Origin: Conidiobolus incongruus B7586 | Lineage: Eukaryota | DNA: 51,896 nucleotides | Assembly: GCA_000697335.1 (NCBI GenBank) | Contig: JNEM01011138.1 | Coordinates: 1-51,896, forward strand | Direction of reading: 5' to 3' | Shown here: in pieces, positions 22,163 to 35,749 of the stretch | Numbering within the stretch: the first letter of the stretch is position 1 | Layout: each line of letters begins with the position of its first letter | Made by a program: the position numbers and the translations under genes | Notes under the pieces: model-generated | The model's database searches: none | The model's input: the letters and a program-made list of their open reading frames with translations, nothing else | Told to the model about the DNA's origin: nothing

Positions 22163-23378
22163 ATGGTATTCAATTCAGATCATAATAAAGACGAATTAGA
22201 TATTGAAGAACAGGAATTACTTGAGAGTGGTGAATATAATACATCAAGCAGAGGCTATTTAGCTGAGCCTGCTAAAAGTAAGACGAATGAAACTATACAG
22301 ATAACTTTGGTTATTTTATTTTATGGAGTGATTTCACTCTCTGTGGTTTACCTTAACAAATTCTTATTGGGCAATGATGGATACCTATTCCCTTATCCTT
22401 TTACTCTCACCCTGTTTCAGCTTATTGTTGCACTGATACTTTGCTTAGTTTTGGGTGCAATGAACAAGAATGTAAAACAGCAATCAACTTGGAATCCTAT
22501 TCCTCCTTATGAATTCGATTCGAAAACTGCTAAAAATGTCGCACCTTTAACCTTGATATATGTTGGTATGCTTGGTTTCGGTAATTTATGTTTAGCTTAT
22601 TCCAAAATTACTTATTACCAAGTAAGTACAATTATATAATACGAGAATTTATATTTATATCTTTTTTAGGTAGCCAAAAGCTTAACTATTATTTTTACTA
22701 TTATATTCACTTTTATAATATTAAAAAAGACGCATTCAAGATTAACTATTTTAACCTGTGTAATTATATTTTTCGGATTCGTGTTGGGCAATTTAGGAGA
22801 AGAAGAATTTAATTGGCCAGCTTTATTGAGTGGCGTTGCTTCTTCTATTTTAATTGCTCTATACGGTATTTACATTAAAAAGACTTTGAAAGTACTTGGG
22901 GACAATGAATGGAAGCTATTAATTTACAATACTACTATTTCTATCTTTATTCTATTTCCGGTATGTTTGCTTATTGGTGAATTCACCCAAATTTGGAGTG
23001 AGTATAAATACTTATCAAATGTTGGATTTTGGATTGTCATGGTTATAACTGGTATTTCTGGATTTTTAATCAATATTGCTACATTTTTGGCTGTTAAATT
23101 CACTTCTCCTTTGACTTTTACTGTAATGGGAACTTCTAAGGTAATTTATTGAATTTGATTTATTTGATTATATTATTCATGATGATTGAAAATTAGGCTG
23201 GTATTCAAACTGTATTGGCTCCATTTATCTTTACTAATCCCGTTTCTTTACTTGTAAGGCATTAATGTATATACAGCTATAATAATTTATTAATTCAATC
23301 TAATAGAACGGAATCGGCATTGCAATTGTTTTAGTTGGAAGTAGTTTTTATTCATATATAAAGTATAAAGGACTCTAA
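22163..23378 (+). CDS. Nucleotide-sugar transporter (TPT/SLC35 family; GDP-fucose transporter SLC35C1-like), 4 exons: 22163-22621, 22670-23140, 23197-23253, 23307-23378
   Basis: Multi-TM protein with SLSVVYLNKFLL, NLCLAY..ITYYQVAKSLT, LYGIYIKK, WKLLIYN and VKFTSPLTFTVMGTSKAGIQT, resembling SLC35C1 motifs; splices in frame. Confidence 0.85.
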
Positions 23379-23584
23379 TTCAAATTTATTCAATATGAAC
23401 CTGAGTATAATTAATATTTAATAACTAATTTAAATAAACGATTTGGCTAAAGATTCTGTGATCGTTTCAATTGGTGATACAGCTAGTTTTTCAATTCGGT
23501 AATACCTTTCTTGTATGTTAATACTATTTTGATAATTCAAGTGACTGAATGAAACCTAAAGAGTTGATTAGTCACTGAAATTGA

Positions 23585-26500
23585 TTAAAATCTTAAAAAA
23601 TGACTCACCTGAAATATGTCTGTCAGCAATGGATATGAAAGAAATTCGATAAGATTACATCTACTTGACAAGATGTGGTCTTGGCTTGTACTCAGTTCCA
23701 CAGACAGCTGCTCAATCGGATTGATAAATATTCCAATTAAGCAATCTTTAATAGAACTAAATGATTGGATCATATTTGACCATGTAGAAACATTATCCAA
23801 GTTAATAGAACATAAATAATTAATCAAGTAGGATTTGAAATCTGAAAGGGTATACTCAGAATATGCGTATTCAATCACATCAATCCATTTGTTAAGATCC
23901 ATGACAAAGTTGATCAATTCGGCTTCAAGGTCGTAATATTGACCAATAATCTTGCTTTGATCAGATTGGAATTCTAAATTTACAAATTTACCACATTTTT
24001 GAATGACAATTTGAGGAGACCGTTGCTGAATATTTTGAAATATAAATTGCCCTGATTGGATTTTATCATTCAAAGTTTGTAATTGATCGAGTTTCAATTG
24101 AATAGAACCCGCATTTTTATTCATAAAGTCGGTCAATTCAGTCCATATGTCCCTAAAATAAACATTGGGCTTTTTGTAAACTCTAGTTTCTGAATATTGC
24201 TTCACCACATTTAGATCAAATTGTTCATCTCTAGGAGCCCACTTTAGATCAGTTAGTCCAACAATTTGACGAATTTTAAGCTTTGAAAAATAATCCTGTG
24301 ATGCGTAAGGAGAGAGTTGAACCAAATAAACGCAGTTGGTTTGATCAATAAAACAATGACCATTAAGAATATTACCAGCATACCAAACTATTAGATCAAC
24401 ATCCTGTCCTACCTCAATATTATGAATTTCATTTGAAGTAAGAATATGCCTGAAATGATTATCAGATGCTGAATCCAAATTTTGTGTTGGTTCATGTAGC
24501 TTCCATCTAGTAGTATTGGTTGTAGAGAGGCTGATCAATTTATTCTCTTTGCCATTGGGTCGATTATAAGGTCTAAGATTGAAGAAAATGAGTCTGCTAT
24601 ATTCTTTGAGATCGTCATAAGCACTTATAGATGTATTCCAAAATGTAACTGTTGCGTACTGTTCACCATTATTACTATTGGTATCTTTGATAAGAATTTT
24701 GAAAGAGCAACTAACATCTCGACGAGTATTTTCAGGAGGTGAAGATAATTGGCACGCATCAAAATTGTAATACTGCTCTTCAAGCTCATTACAATATTGG
24801 AGCTCTTCACTTTCTGTTCTAACTATCTTTTTGTCGGAATTTAGAGTTTCGATATATTTCAGGGGATATTTTCGAAGTACGATCACATCTATCGCAGCTA
24901 CTGTACCTCCAAAAGGATCAATATTAGATAAATGAACAACATAATATAAGGAGTCTTGAAATCCCAATTGAGCATCCCACCTAGCTCTACGAACTCCATT
25001 ACCATTTATCTTCAGCTCAACTTCATTGTAAGATTCTAAAACTGGCATATAACCTGGAGATTCCAGCGCTGCTCCACAAATGGCTAATTTCATTCCAACG
25101 GTAATGGACTCAGAAAGAACTGCTTTAGTTAAAACGCCGTCCAAACGACATTTGATAGTATACCAACCATCACAAATTTCTATTTCAGCTGAGTTATTTT
25201 CCTCAATGGTAATTTTAGATACAATCGCAATAAAATATCTTAAAGCGGGAGACATGTATTCAATAATCATTTTAAGGCATGAAGACTTGTGCTCTAAAAT
25301 CTCTTGTCGAAATCTAACTTTGACTTGTTCAAAAATAAATGACCAATCCCAATTTGAAGAAAAGATAACCGGATATGATCTTACGTAAGAAGCAGTTTTC
25401 CATACTATCATAGCATAATGATGTTTGATCCATTGATCAAGTTGCGGTTTGGTTAATGAAGATAATTTGTCTAATATGTCGCTAATATGGGTCCAATCCA
25501 ATGCCGTTCCAAAGTGTGCAGTTGACATGCTTGAAGTTGCCGGTTTTGAGGTAAATTTGTAATTCGCGGCTTTGTCCAAATCCATATTCATAATGTCAGG
25601 ATCCCTAGAAAATGTAAGTAAATTTGGATTACTCTTGAAATCTTATAAACTCACAGTTGGCTACGTTGCCATTGAGTAAAATCATTATCATACAGTGAGC
25701 CTATAATGAATGTGTTAAAATTAAAAAAAAATAAAAGTCAATGAAAATTACTAATTGAATCGCTAGCGAATATTGAATCAGGTATTATTGAAGAATTTGG
25801 TGTTTGGTAAGGTGCAATAAAACTTGTGTTATTATTTCTATTTGGATCTGTGAATGAAGTAGAAATAGAAGGGCGTTCGTTCGATATACATTCATCTTTT
25901 TTCCTAGGAATTTTTTGGGCGGGGTCGTATATTTTATTATTAGAATATCCATTATGAATATCTAAATTTCCATGTTAAACCAAAATAAAAATATATAGAT
26001 TAAATAGCTCACTTGATATATTAACAGAACTTATAGGACGTTTGGTTGGTGTTATTGATGTACTTGCAGCAGGAGATTTATATGGAGGTACAAAAGGTTT
26101 AGGGCCATTTGAAGGTTTTTTGATAGAATTACTATTAACGGGTGTCTTCATTGGAGATACAAACTTTTTAGGCTGAACTGAAAAATTTTGATTGTACGGC
26201 TTCAATATTCTATTTGATGAATTAAATTGCATACTATTTGAAAAAGTACCAGTGTCGATAGGAGTACCAACTTTGTTTACTAATGAAGAAATTTGAAGCT
26301 TTGGAGGATGGAATCCAGAATTATTAGGTTTTGATGTCTAAATTAAAAAAAATGAATATAAAACAAATAAATAGCTTAAAATATATAATTACTGAGTTAG
26401 CATTTATGAGTTTAGTATTTAATATGTTAGGCAAATTTTTGGATTTGGTGATATTTGCAGTAGTTGGATTTTTTGGTATTTGTATATTTTCATTATTTAT

Positions 26501-26857
26501 AGTATTTGCTGAAGTGAAGGATATCGGTTGAGGAGTACTAGGAAGGTTTGAGCTAGATGACGATACATACTCTTCTTTGACATTGTTTTCTTTATCAATA
26601 AGACCATTAGGTTTAGTTACTTTAGATCCAGGTTTAAATCCGTCAAACTGCATAATAGAACTTAAATCAATAGGTGGAAGAGGTTCAATGTGGTTTTCAG
26701 TGAGTTCATTTTCTGCATTTATATTTTCGATTTCATTATTATTTAAATTAGAATTATAGTTTAAAGCAGAACCAAATCCAAGACCCTGCTCCAAGTTAAA
26801 TTCTAAACCAATTTCTCTCAACTCTTGACTAAGACTTATATCTTTATTACGTGTCAT
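23585..26857 (-). CDS. BRH2: BRCA2/Brh2 homologous-recombination mediator, about 1021 aa, 5 exons: 26857-26393, 26337-26013, 25961-25752, 25700-25655, 25604-23585
   Basis: Helical domain WIKHHYAMIVWKTASY; OB1 IEICDGWY and LKINGNGVRRARWDAQLGF; OB2 IDVIVLRKYPLKYIE with a short tower. Upstream low-complexity exons splice in frame (3066 nt). Confidence 0.88.
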
Positions 26858-27846
26858 GATAAATTTAATGATTATGAATACTGAATTAAAAAAAATGATA
26901 CGAACTGAGATTTAATTTATATACACTTTCTTCTATTTTAATATATGGGATTTGTTTTAATCCAAAAAAGGAAATCTATGTCATGAAAATTTAAATTTCA
27001 ATTTTTGATTTGTAATTGATAATTATCAGGTTTGAAAAAGATAAATATTTTAAAAACAAAGAAAATATTCAATTATTATTCTTCAATTATAATCAATCAA
27101 ATTATATGAATTAAATTATTAAACATAATTTAAAATTTGTAATAAAGCCTTTTAATATTTATATTCAATGGATGTATATTTTAGTTTATTTAATATAATG
27201 AAATTAAAGAAGCAGATTTTATTATTTTAGAGTTTTAAATTCATAAATAATGATATTTGTTATTAAGCTAAATTATTTATTAATATATTTATGATGTTGG
27301 TATTAAATCAATTAATGATCTTTTTTTTCCATAAATCTATTTTTATTGGAGTCAATTTGAAAAATTAATTTTTGTTCATAAAAATTTTAATACCTTTATT
27401 AAAATATAAAATACGGAAAAAATATTATAATTTTAAAATCAAAATTTTATTATGTTAAAAACAATTAGCTTAATACCTATATTATTGTTTAATAATTGAT
27501 AATTGAGTATTTAAAAAAGATGTACTAATTTATTAATTATCTAAGACACATTAATGAATTAATTAAATATATATTGACTATCATGTACATCATAAATAGA
27601 ATTTTGATAACTATCAAAATGCTGAGATTTTTTTTTCAAATTAGGAATACTAAATTCAAGATAATTCTTTATTATTTAATAGTAAAACTGAAATTTTTAA
27701 AATCAATTTTTCAGAAATACATTATTGATATTTAAATCAGTCTTAAAATTTAACCAAATAAAATATGATAATTAATGCAGATAAAAAAGTATTATACCAA
27801 ACAATTTATAATATTTAATATGGTTTTAATGAGTGTAATATAGAAA

Positions 27847-30800
27847 TTAAGCAACAGTGATTAGTGGAGTTTCAGGATTCTGAGCTGCGTTGGAAGCCAT
27901 CTCCTTTTGAGCTAAAGTAATTCTGTCTCCTAAGCTCAAAGCTAAGCCTTGGGCCTTGGAGCGAATGCGGACATGGCCAGTGATGGGACCGTCATCCTGC
28001 TTTTCAATACTCAAGTTGGCAAGGGCATCTTCACCAAATATGGTTCTGGCGTAAAGGTTAGCACTCAAGAAGCCACAGTCACCACTAAGAGCTTTTTGAG
28101 GAGTGAGAGTAGCCATATTGGTGGCCTTGAGGATTTGTTCCAAGAATTCGTTAAGAGAGCCAACAGGTGCTGTAACACTGACTTTGTTTTCCCATTCAAA
28201 CTCGGTCCACATGGAGCGGAATTGATTCTCAGAGCAGTGAGCAGGGTGGATGTAATCCATAATATCAGCATGAATATCATTAAGAACGACACAACCTGAA
28301 TTGCCAGATCCGAGATCATATACAATATTACCAAAGATAACACCAGTTTCAGTGGAAGATACCTTGATACTTGATTTGAGGGAGTGGAAGGCCAAAGGAC
28401 CAAGATTGAAGGGAGTGGGCTTTTCAACTACTCTCAAATTACCCAAAGTGGCAAACTCGACGGTAAGATTTTGTAAAGTTTCAGAGGTTTGATTAACCAA
28501 CAAAATATCCAATAAGATATCATATTGATGAACTTCGACAATGGCTTCACAGTAAACAGTGTCTGAAAATCCAGATAATTGAACAATTCTATCCAATTTG
28601 GTTGCGAAATTTTCTTTAGCAGACATCTCGCCTGTGGCCTTGGTTAAGTCTTGTTCATATTCATCTTCTAATCCTTGTGATGAAGGGGGAGCTAATTGAC
28701 GGAAAACGATCTTGTCATCAACAGCAACCTGTCTTGAAGTAGAATCATCACCATCTTTTCCTAATTCAATATCGTGAGCATCATGATATTTAGCAGTTCC
28801 AGCATTTGATAAGATGGTCTGAGTAAAAGCTTGACGAGTTTCAGACTTCAAAACGTTCTCTAACTCGGAATTACGGGTAGAAGAAGTTAAAAGCTTAATG
28901 TGATCCATGATACGATCGTAAGAATCTTCTTCAATAGGAATATGTGTGAATTGGGATTGGCCAACGCGGATAATGCTAGTCATAATAAGCAACCCTTCAG
29001 CTTTTAAAGAGTTGACTTTAGAGACGTCAGTTTCTAAAGTTTCATAGCGTAACACAAGTTTAGTAATAGTGGCTGCAACAACAGTTCCAACGAAATAGTC
29101 ACCCTTGAGCAAAAGAGATCTAATAGGGGGACGAGTGGTTGAAGAGGAATTAGATTGTGGATTGTATGAGACAGAAACAGAGGTCTCAGTGGCATAGGTA
29201 CCATCTTGTAAAATTCTACGAGATGAAGAAGCAGATGGACGGGCTGCACCAATGGACTCAGTTTCTTGTTGTTCTTCTTGTTGAGCACGCTCTAAATTTC
29301 TTTGTTCAGAAGCAACAATGGGGATTTCACCCAAGCTATCTCTGATCTTTTGCCAAGCTTCTTCAATGGTTTCAACATCCTGACAGTATTCACCAATAAT
29401 CCAGAGAGCACCACGAAGAGCTTTAGATGATCTGATTTCGTTGAATGAGGTTAAAAGATCTCTCATAATGACAGAACGTAAATCTTCAAACTTTTCAGCG
29501 ACTTCCTTAATAAAAGCAACAACATCGACAGCAGCGCTAGAAACGCCTTCAGCCAAGAATTCCATCAAAACAGTAATAACGTTGGAAGCGATATCAGGGA
29601 AACGAATAGCACATTGATGAATAGATTGAATTAGTACTTCGCGGTATTCGATATTCTTTTCAAAATCTTGATCGTGAGTTTTGTTGAGTTCTTTTTGAAG
29701 GAACGAGATCATATCCTTAACGGTTGAATTGTTGACTAATTTTAATGCAATCTTCAGGGCTTTGCGTCTTACATCGATATCAGTACTAAAAATTGAACAT
29801 CAGATAAATTGAAAGGATCGTTACATTATGTAATAAAAACCTTGATAAAACACGTAGAAGGTCCATCACCATTTCATTAAGATATCCAGGGAATCTGGTA
29901 CGAAGATCATTGAACCTATCCAATACAATACTCTTGATATTATTATCCGATTCCTTGATCACAAGTTCCAAGTAACAATTAGCAGCAGCTGAAAAGGTAT
30001 TCAATAAAGCAGTGTAATTTAAAAATATTGGTATATTTACCTTTGATAGCGGTAGCATTACTGGTGAGAGTAATTAAAGAGTTAGCTGCTTCGTATTTGA
30101 CAGATTGAGAGGGAGCATTGAGTAAATCAAAGATGATACGAATATATCTGGCACGATCGGTTGTATTAGTCTTGGAATCCTTGCGAATAAGGTCAATGAT
30201 AGCTAATTGTAATAATTCATCAAAGTTGGGAATTTGATCATAGACAGATTTCAAATATTCAACTGCCTTGTCAGGACTAGTGTTACAAAGCATAATAAAA
30301 GCGTTGCGTTTACAAGTGAAGTCTGTTTCCTAAATATGAAGCAATAAATATTAAATTTTATATTCAAGTAGAATATTGTAATTAACTTACAGCAACTAAG
30401 AAAGCTTGAATCAAATCTGGAGCATCTGGGATAAGGTGAGGTTGATGCTTATAAATTGAGCTGACTGCTAAGACTGCATTTTTTCTGACGTAAGAAAGAC
30501 GATGGTCCTTTACAAAATATTATTAGTAGATAGTATATATGAAGATAGATGAGAATTTACTAAGCATGAGCGACAAGAAGGAACTAAAGGTTCAAGTAAT
30601 TCAGCATCTCTTAATTTACAAAGGAACCTCAAAGTAGCACCACGGATAAACTCGTTGGGATGTTGAAGATCGTTTCTAATGGCATTACTAAAATATGAAT
30701 TAATTTAAAAGATGAAGCACAAAAAATAATCTTGAATAAAATACCAAACTAAAATCATTTCTTGTTTCAATTTTCCATCTGTATTATATTTGGGGCAAAC

Positions 30801-31040
30801 TTCCCAATAAAAGTGTAAAAGTTTTTTCAAAGTCTTATTCTTTGAAGGCATAACAAAACGAATGACGTGCATTAATAAACTTTCCATATTGTCACCATTC
30901 AAAATGGAAGTAATAATTTGACGCATAGCATCAACTTTTGTGGCGTCACTCCCCTTTTCAAGACGATTTTTTAATTCATTTACAGTGCTTGTTTCCAAGT
31001 CGTTGGAGGACAATATAGTGTAACAAGGATCGGAACTCAT
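27847..31040 (-). CDS. SEC26: Coatomer subunit beta (beta-COP), 6 exons: 31040-30745, 30687-30561, 30507-30391, 30329-30041, 29988-29841, 29785-27847
   Basis: [73 protein letters not shown] and [20 protein letters not shown]. Confidence 0.97.
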
Positions 31041-31699
31041 ATTAGTTAAAATTTATATTTTTATTATTGAACCTGGATCAAAGTTAAAATTCAATTAGGT
31101 TGAATTGATGAGTCACTGACTTTGAATGAACTTTTGTGGGATTTGAATTGGATTTATTGATGATGTGTAATTTTTCTATTAATTGATTTGATTTTGAATT
31201 TAAGACTTTGTCAATTTACAAATCTTTGGTCACAAAATGTAATATAAAACTATGCTTTGAAGGTAATCCTGATTCCATAATATCAAAATCATATATTAGT
31301 AAAATTAATGAAAATTAACAAAATTTCAAACAATAAAATAGTTTCATAATGCTATTGATTGGATACCTTGCTAATATAATTGAAATAGTAGAAAAATATT
31401 ATCTTAAAAAATAAACAAAACTGATTTTAAAATTTTAATGATATAATTTCAATAATTTAAGCTTAATTGTTTTACTATATTATATTGTATATTATATATC
31501 TAAGAGTAAAATTTGATCTTTATAATTTATAAACTGATTCGAAATAATTTTTCTATATTATTGACTTTAAAATAGAGTCCGTTGTTAATTTCATAACAAA
31601 AAAAATATTATATATTTAGTTATAAATTATTTATATATTGAATGTGATATATTGAAATAGAAAATCGATTATCATGTGTAAGCTCTGTGATAGCTTAAT

Positions 31700-33620
31700 T
31701 TCAATATAATATTCATAATACATAAGCGAGTAACTTGATTTCTCATCTAATTCTTTCAAAAGTTGTGACAATTTCGTATTTAAAAAATTATCCTCATAAA
31801 CTTATATTAATAGAAAATAGCTTAAATTTTAAATCAGATTGAGAATTTGCTGATATTTCAATAGCTTTTTGGTATAATTCTTTTCCGAATATTGTATTTT
31901 TGATTCTAAAATTTACAGATTCAGCAAATCAAAACAGAGAAACAACAAATCAATACAATGTATAAAAAGCTCCAAAATTTCGAGACTCAGCAGCTAAGCA
32001 TTCTGAAAATGTTAGCTTATATATAAGAAATTAGAAAATGATGTCATTATTGGTATTTAATATTACTGTATTAGAGTCTAAGTCTGATTGATAGACTTTG
32101 TTTATGAATGGAATTAATTGATTCATATTATTGAATTTCATCAAGTTGATCAACAGTTGAAATAATTGCAAAAGATTTTGAATCAATTTTTTTAAATAAT
32201 TCGATTTTGGACTTGATAATAAATCAGTGGATGAAGGCAGTTATTATATATATATTACTATAATAATATCGGTTATTTTTTTAAAAAATAATGAAAACAT
32301 ACTTTTACATATTTTTCTCGAATTACCTTTGTTAAAGTTGTGAAGTTTATCATTAATTTTTTCTAACAAAATGTTTACAAATTTCAAAATATATAACTAA
32401 TCTTACCAAGAATATAAAATATAAAATGTAAAATCCAAACTAAACATCTTTCCTTTCTAAGCCTATTCATGATATGAATATAAGCTGTATTAGTTTTGTA
32501 TTTTTACTAAATATCCATTTAAGCGCCTGACCATGATTTTGATCTGATATATACACTTCTAATTTGATCAGATTAACATTTATCATTATGCCTTGATTAT
32601 TCTCTATTGATAATATATTGATATTTTCAGTCGTTTAGTAACTTGGATAGTTCTTTTAGTCTTATTTTTATTTAGTTTGGTTTATTAATAACTGAATTAT
32701 ATTATCATAACTTACTCTCCTTTGAACATTCTAAACAGAATATTTATTTCAATTGTTTGCAGTAGAACTCTTCAAACCTGATTTATTATTTCGAATAAAC
32801 TTAATAACCATTAGAATGATAATATATCCAATAATTTTTATACATTGACCTATCTCATCATTTTAATCAAGTCTACAATATTGTTATATTCTTTGTGCAA
32901 ACACACAGTTTTAAATCTTACACAAAAAATAAGTCGAATAAAAATGTGAAAATATTGTTATATGTGATTTTTACCTTGAACATAAAGCTAGTTGATTCAT
33001 AATATTCAAACACATCTCCCACTAAAATATAATTAAATAAAATATTATTCAGCAGTTATTATAAATATACCTATGGAGAGATATGAGATCAGCTTTTGTC
33101 TACTATAATCACCAGCAATATATTAATTAATTAAAAAGAAGATTAAGAATATTTACCTTGATTTATAGTCTGGGGTTAATTCAATGTAGCTTCTAAAATT
33201 TTTAATGAGATTGATAACTTAATTTTAAGGATTACTTAGATAAATATATATAATTTTTCAATAATATAATATCAACTGGTTTGTTATTCACTATTCTTTT
33301 TTGAAATAGGTCTAAAATTTTGTGTATTTTATATTCTTGTTTAATTTTAATAGCATCTTGAACTAGAGACAGATATATTTCAGAATCATCTAAGGTTTGT
33401 TCAAGTGGTTTTTGTAGTAAAATTTGACCTATTTTTAATTTTTTTAACAAAAAATACTCTTTATTATTCTTATATCGTATAATACAATTAAAATATATTA
33501 GTGTTTTGATTTTTAAAATACATCTAAAAAATACGTTGAATTGATTTGATACACTAGAGGTGATGTAAAGAATCGTCCATTTTTCAACTGAAAAATAAAA
33601 ATAGGCCAATTTATTTACAT
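31700..33620 (-). pseudogene. Decayed multi-exon gene remnant, unidentified
   Basis: Coding-like blocks separated by minus-strand GTAA/GTAT donors (near 32326, 32405, 32715, 32974, 33070, 33156, 33235) with frequent stops. 125-aa residual ORF at 33232-33609; no recognisable domain. Confidence 0.3.
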
Positions 33621-35749
33621 ATATTGCAGAATTTTAAAATCTAAATTTTTATATTAACGTTAAAGTCCTTTTTTGTTTTTTTTTCAAACAGAATATTAAA
33701 TTAAAGTATTTCCGAGTTTTGTTTAAAGTATTCAATACATATTGTATAATTATTCATCTCTAAAGAAATTAGTTAAAAACCAGCCAAGTAATAATTAAAT
33801 TGTTATTTCATATGGTTAATCAGTGATAGATAAACATATCAGGTTTAAATAAATAGATTTGTTCACTATTTTAACATTAAATTACCATAAATTATTGATT
33901 GTTTTCCTAATTACATTTTCAATTCAGTGGAATTAATGTAAAACCAACTTTAAAAGATAGTTAAAATTTTTAAAATTAATATAAATTAAGTGTGGAATCT
34001 AATTTTACTTTTTAAATATATAATTTTTTACAATGGTACCACCAAAGCCTAATAATAATCTTTTAAGAAATATTATGTTATTTCATTTTAATTCAGTATA
34101 TAAACTATCTGAGTAATGTAAAATTATTAACCAAGTATATAATAAAGGTACTATTACTCTTAGATATTGTTAAAAATAATTTGTGCATTTTTAAAATAGT
34201 GATTATTTTACTAAAGATAAACCACACATAAGTAGAAAAATAAAAGTATCTAATAAAAAAATATTAAATATTATAGAAACTCATATTAATTATAGTTTAA
34301 AGGAATTTTCAAAGATATTAAATATAAGTTTTAATTAATTATTAAAATAATTAAAAAAATTAATTAAGTTTAAAAGATATTAAGTACTATATAAATAATA
34401 ATATTTGACAAGTTAGATAAATTAATATATATTTCTTATTTACAAAATTTATAAAAAAATTTAAATTTCTTAAAAAACTTTATTATTATTAATAAAGCAT
34501 AGATAATGTTTGATAATATAATATATAAATATTATTAAATAACAAAAAAATAAAAGCTAAAAATTAAATAAAAATAAATATACATAGAAAAAAAATAATA
34601 TTAACTATATTATAAAATTAGAAAAATATAATATATTATAAACTTAGAGAAGAAAAACAAAAGATAAATAAATTATTATTCTAAAAAAATCTAAAAATTA
34701 TATAAAATATTAAGAAAATAAAGATTAAAATATTTAAATAAAGACTTAAATAATATATAAACTTTTATATTAGTAATTACTATCATAATAATATAAAACC
34801 ATATACAATAGTTGAAACCTTATATATTTTAGATTATAATCAATTTAGAATATTATTATATTTAATATATTCTTTTAATTTTATATCTAGTGATTTTTTT
34901 AAACTTTTTAAAATGTTTTACAAAAACTTAAATAAAAGTTGAATTTTTAAAATTTATTAAAACAATAGAAAAAGATTTTTATGAAAAAAGGATATATAAC
35001 CAAATTAAAAAATAAGATTTTGTTTAAAAATATAAAGGTTATTATATATCTAAAGATTAAAATATTAATATATATTAAAAAATAAAAATAAAAACTTAAG
35101 TTAATAATATTATTTTTTTAATTAAATTCTATAAATATAAAATAAAAATTACCTTAATAATTATAAATAACAATATATTATTATGGTTATTAAAGTTATA
35201 TTATTATTTATCTTATATTTATATTATTAATTTATAAATGGTTTACTTAGTTAAATAAGGTTTAAACTATAAATTTGCTATAAAAGTTTAGTTAGATATA
35301 ATATCAACTAATCTTTTCTTAGATATTTTTGCTAAAATATATTAGTAAATATTAACAACTTATCAATAATCTCACCATTTAATTATTTAACTACCTTAAA
35401 TTATTAAAATAGTTAAGTTAAAAAAACAATTCTTAAAAAATTTTAAACTACTTATACAATATAAAAAAAAATAATATTTATTAACCTTTAATAACTTTAA
35501 TTATATTTTAGAAGTTAAAGTATAATTTAATAAACCTTTTAAATTAAAAAATCTTACATCGTGATACTATATATAATTAGTTAACATAGTATTATGATAT
35601 TTATGAAAAGTAATCATGTTAACTTACTATAATTAGCTATTTTGGTTCTTTACTTCTTTATTTAAATGCAAACAAAATTAAGAAAACAATCAATAGTTAA
35701 ATTTTCCATAAAAGTTAAAATCTGATAAAAATAATTATTTCTCTGAACC

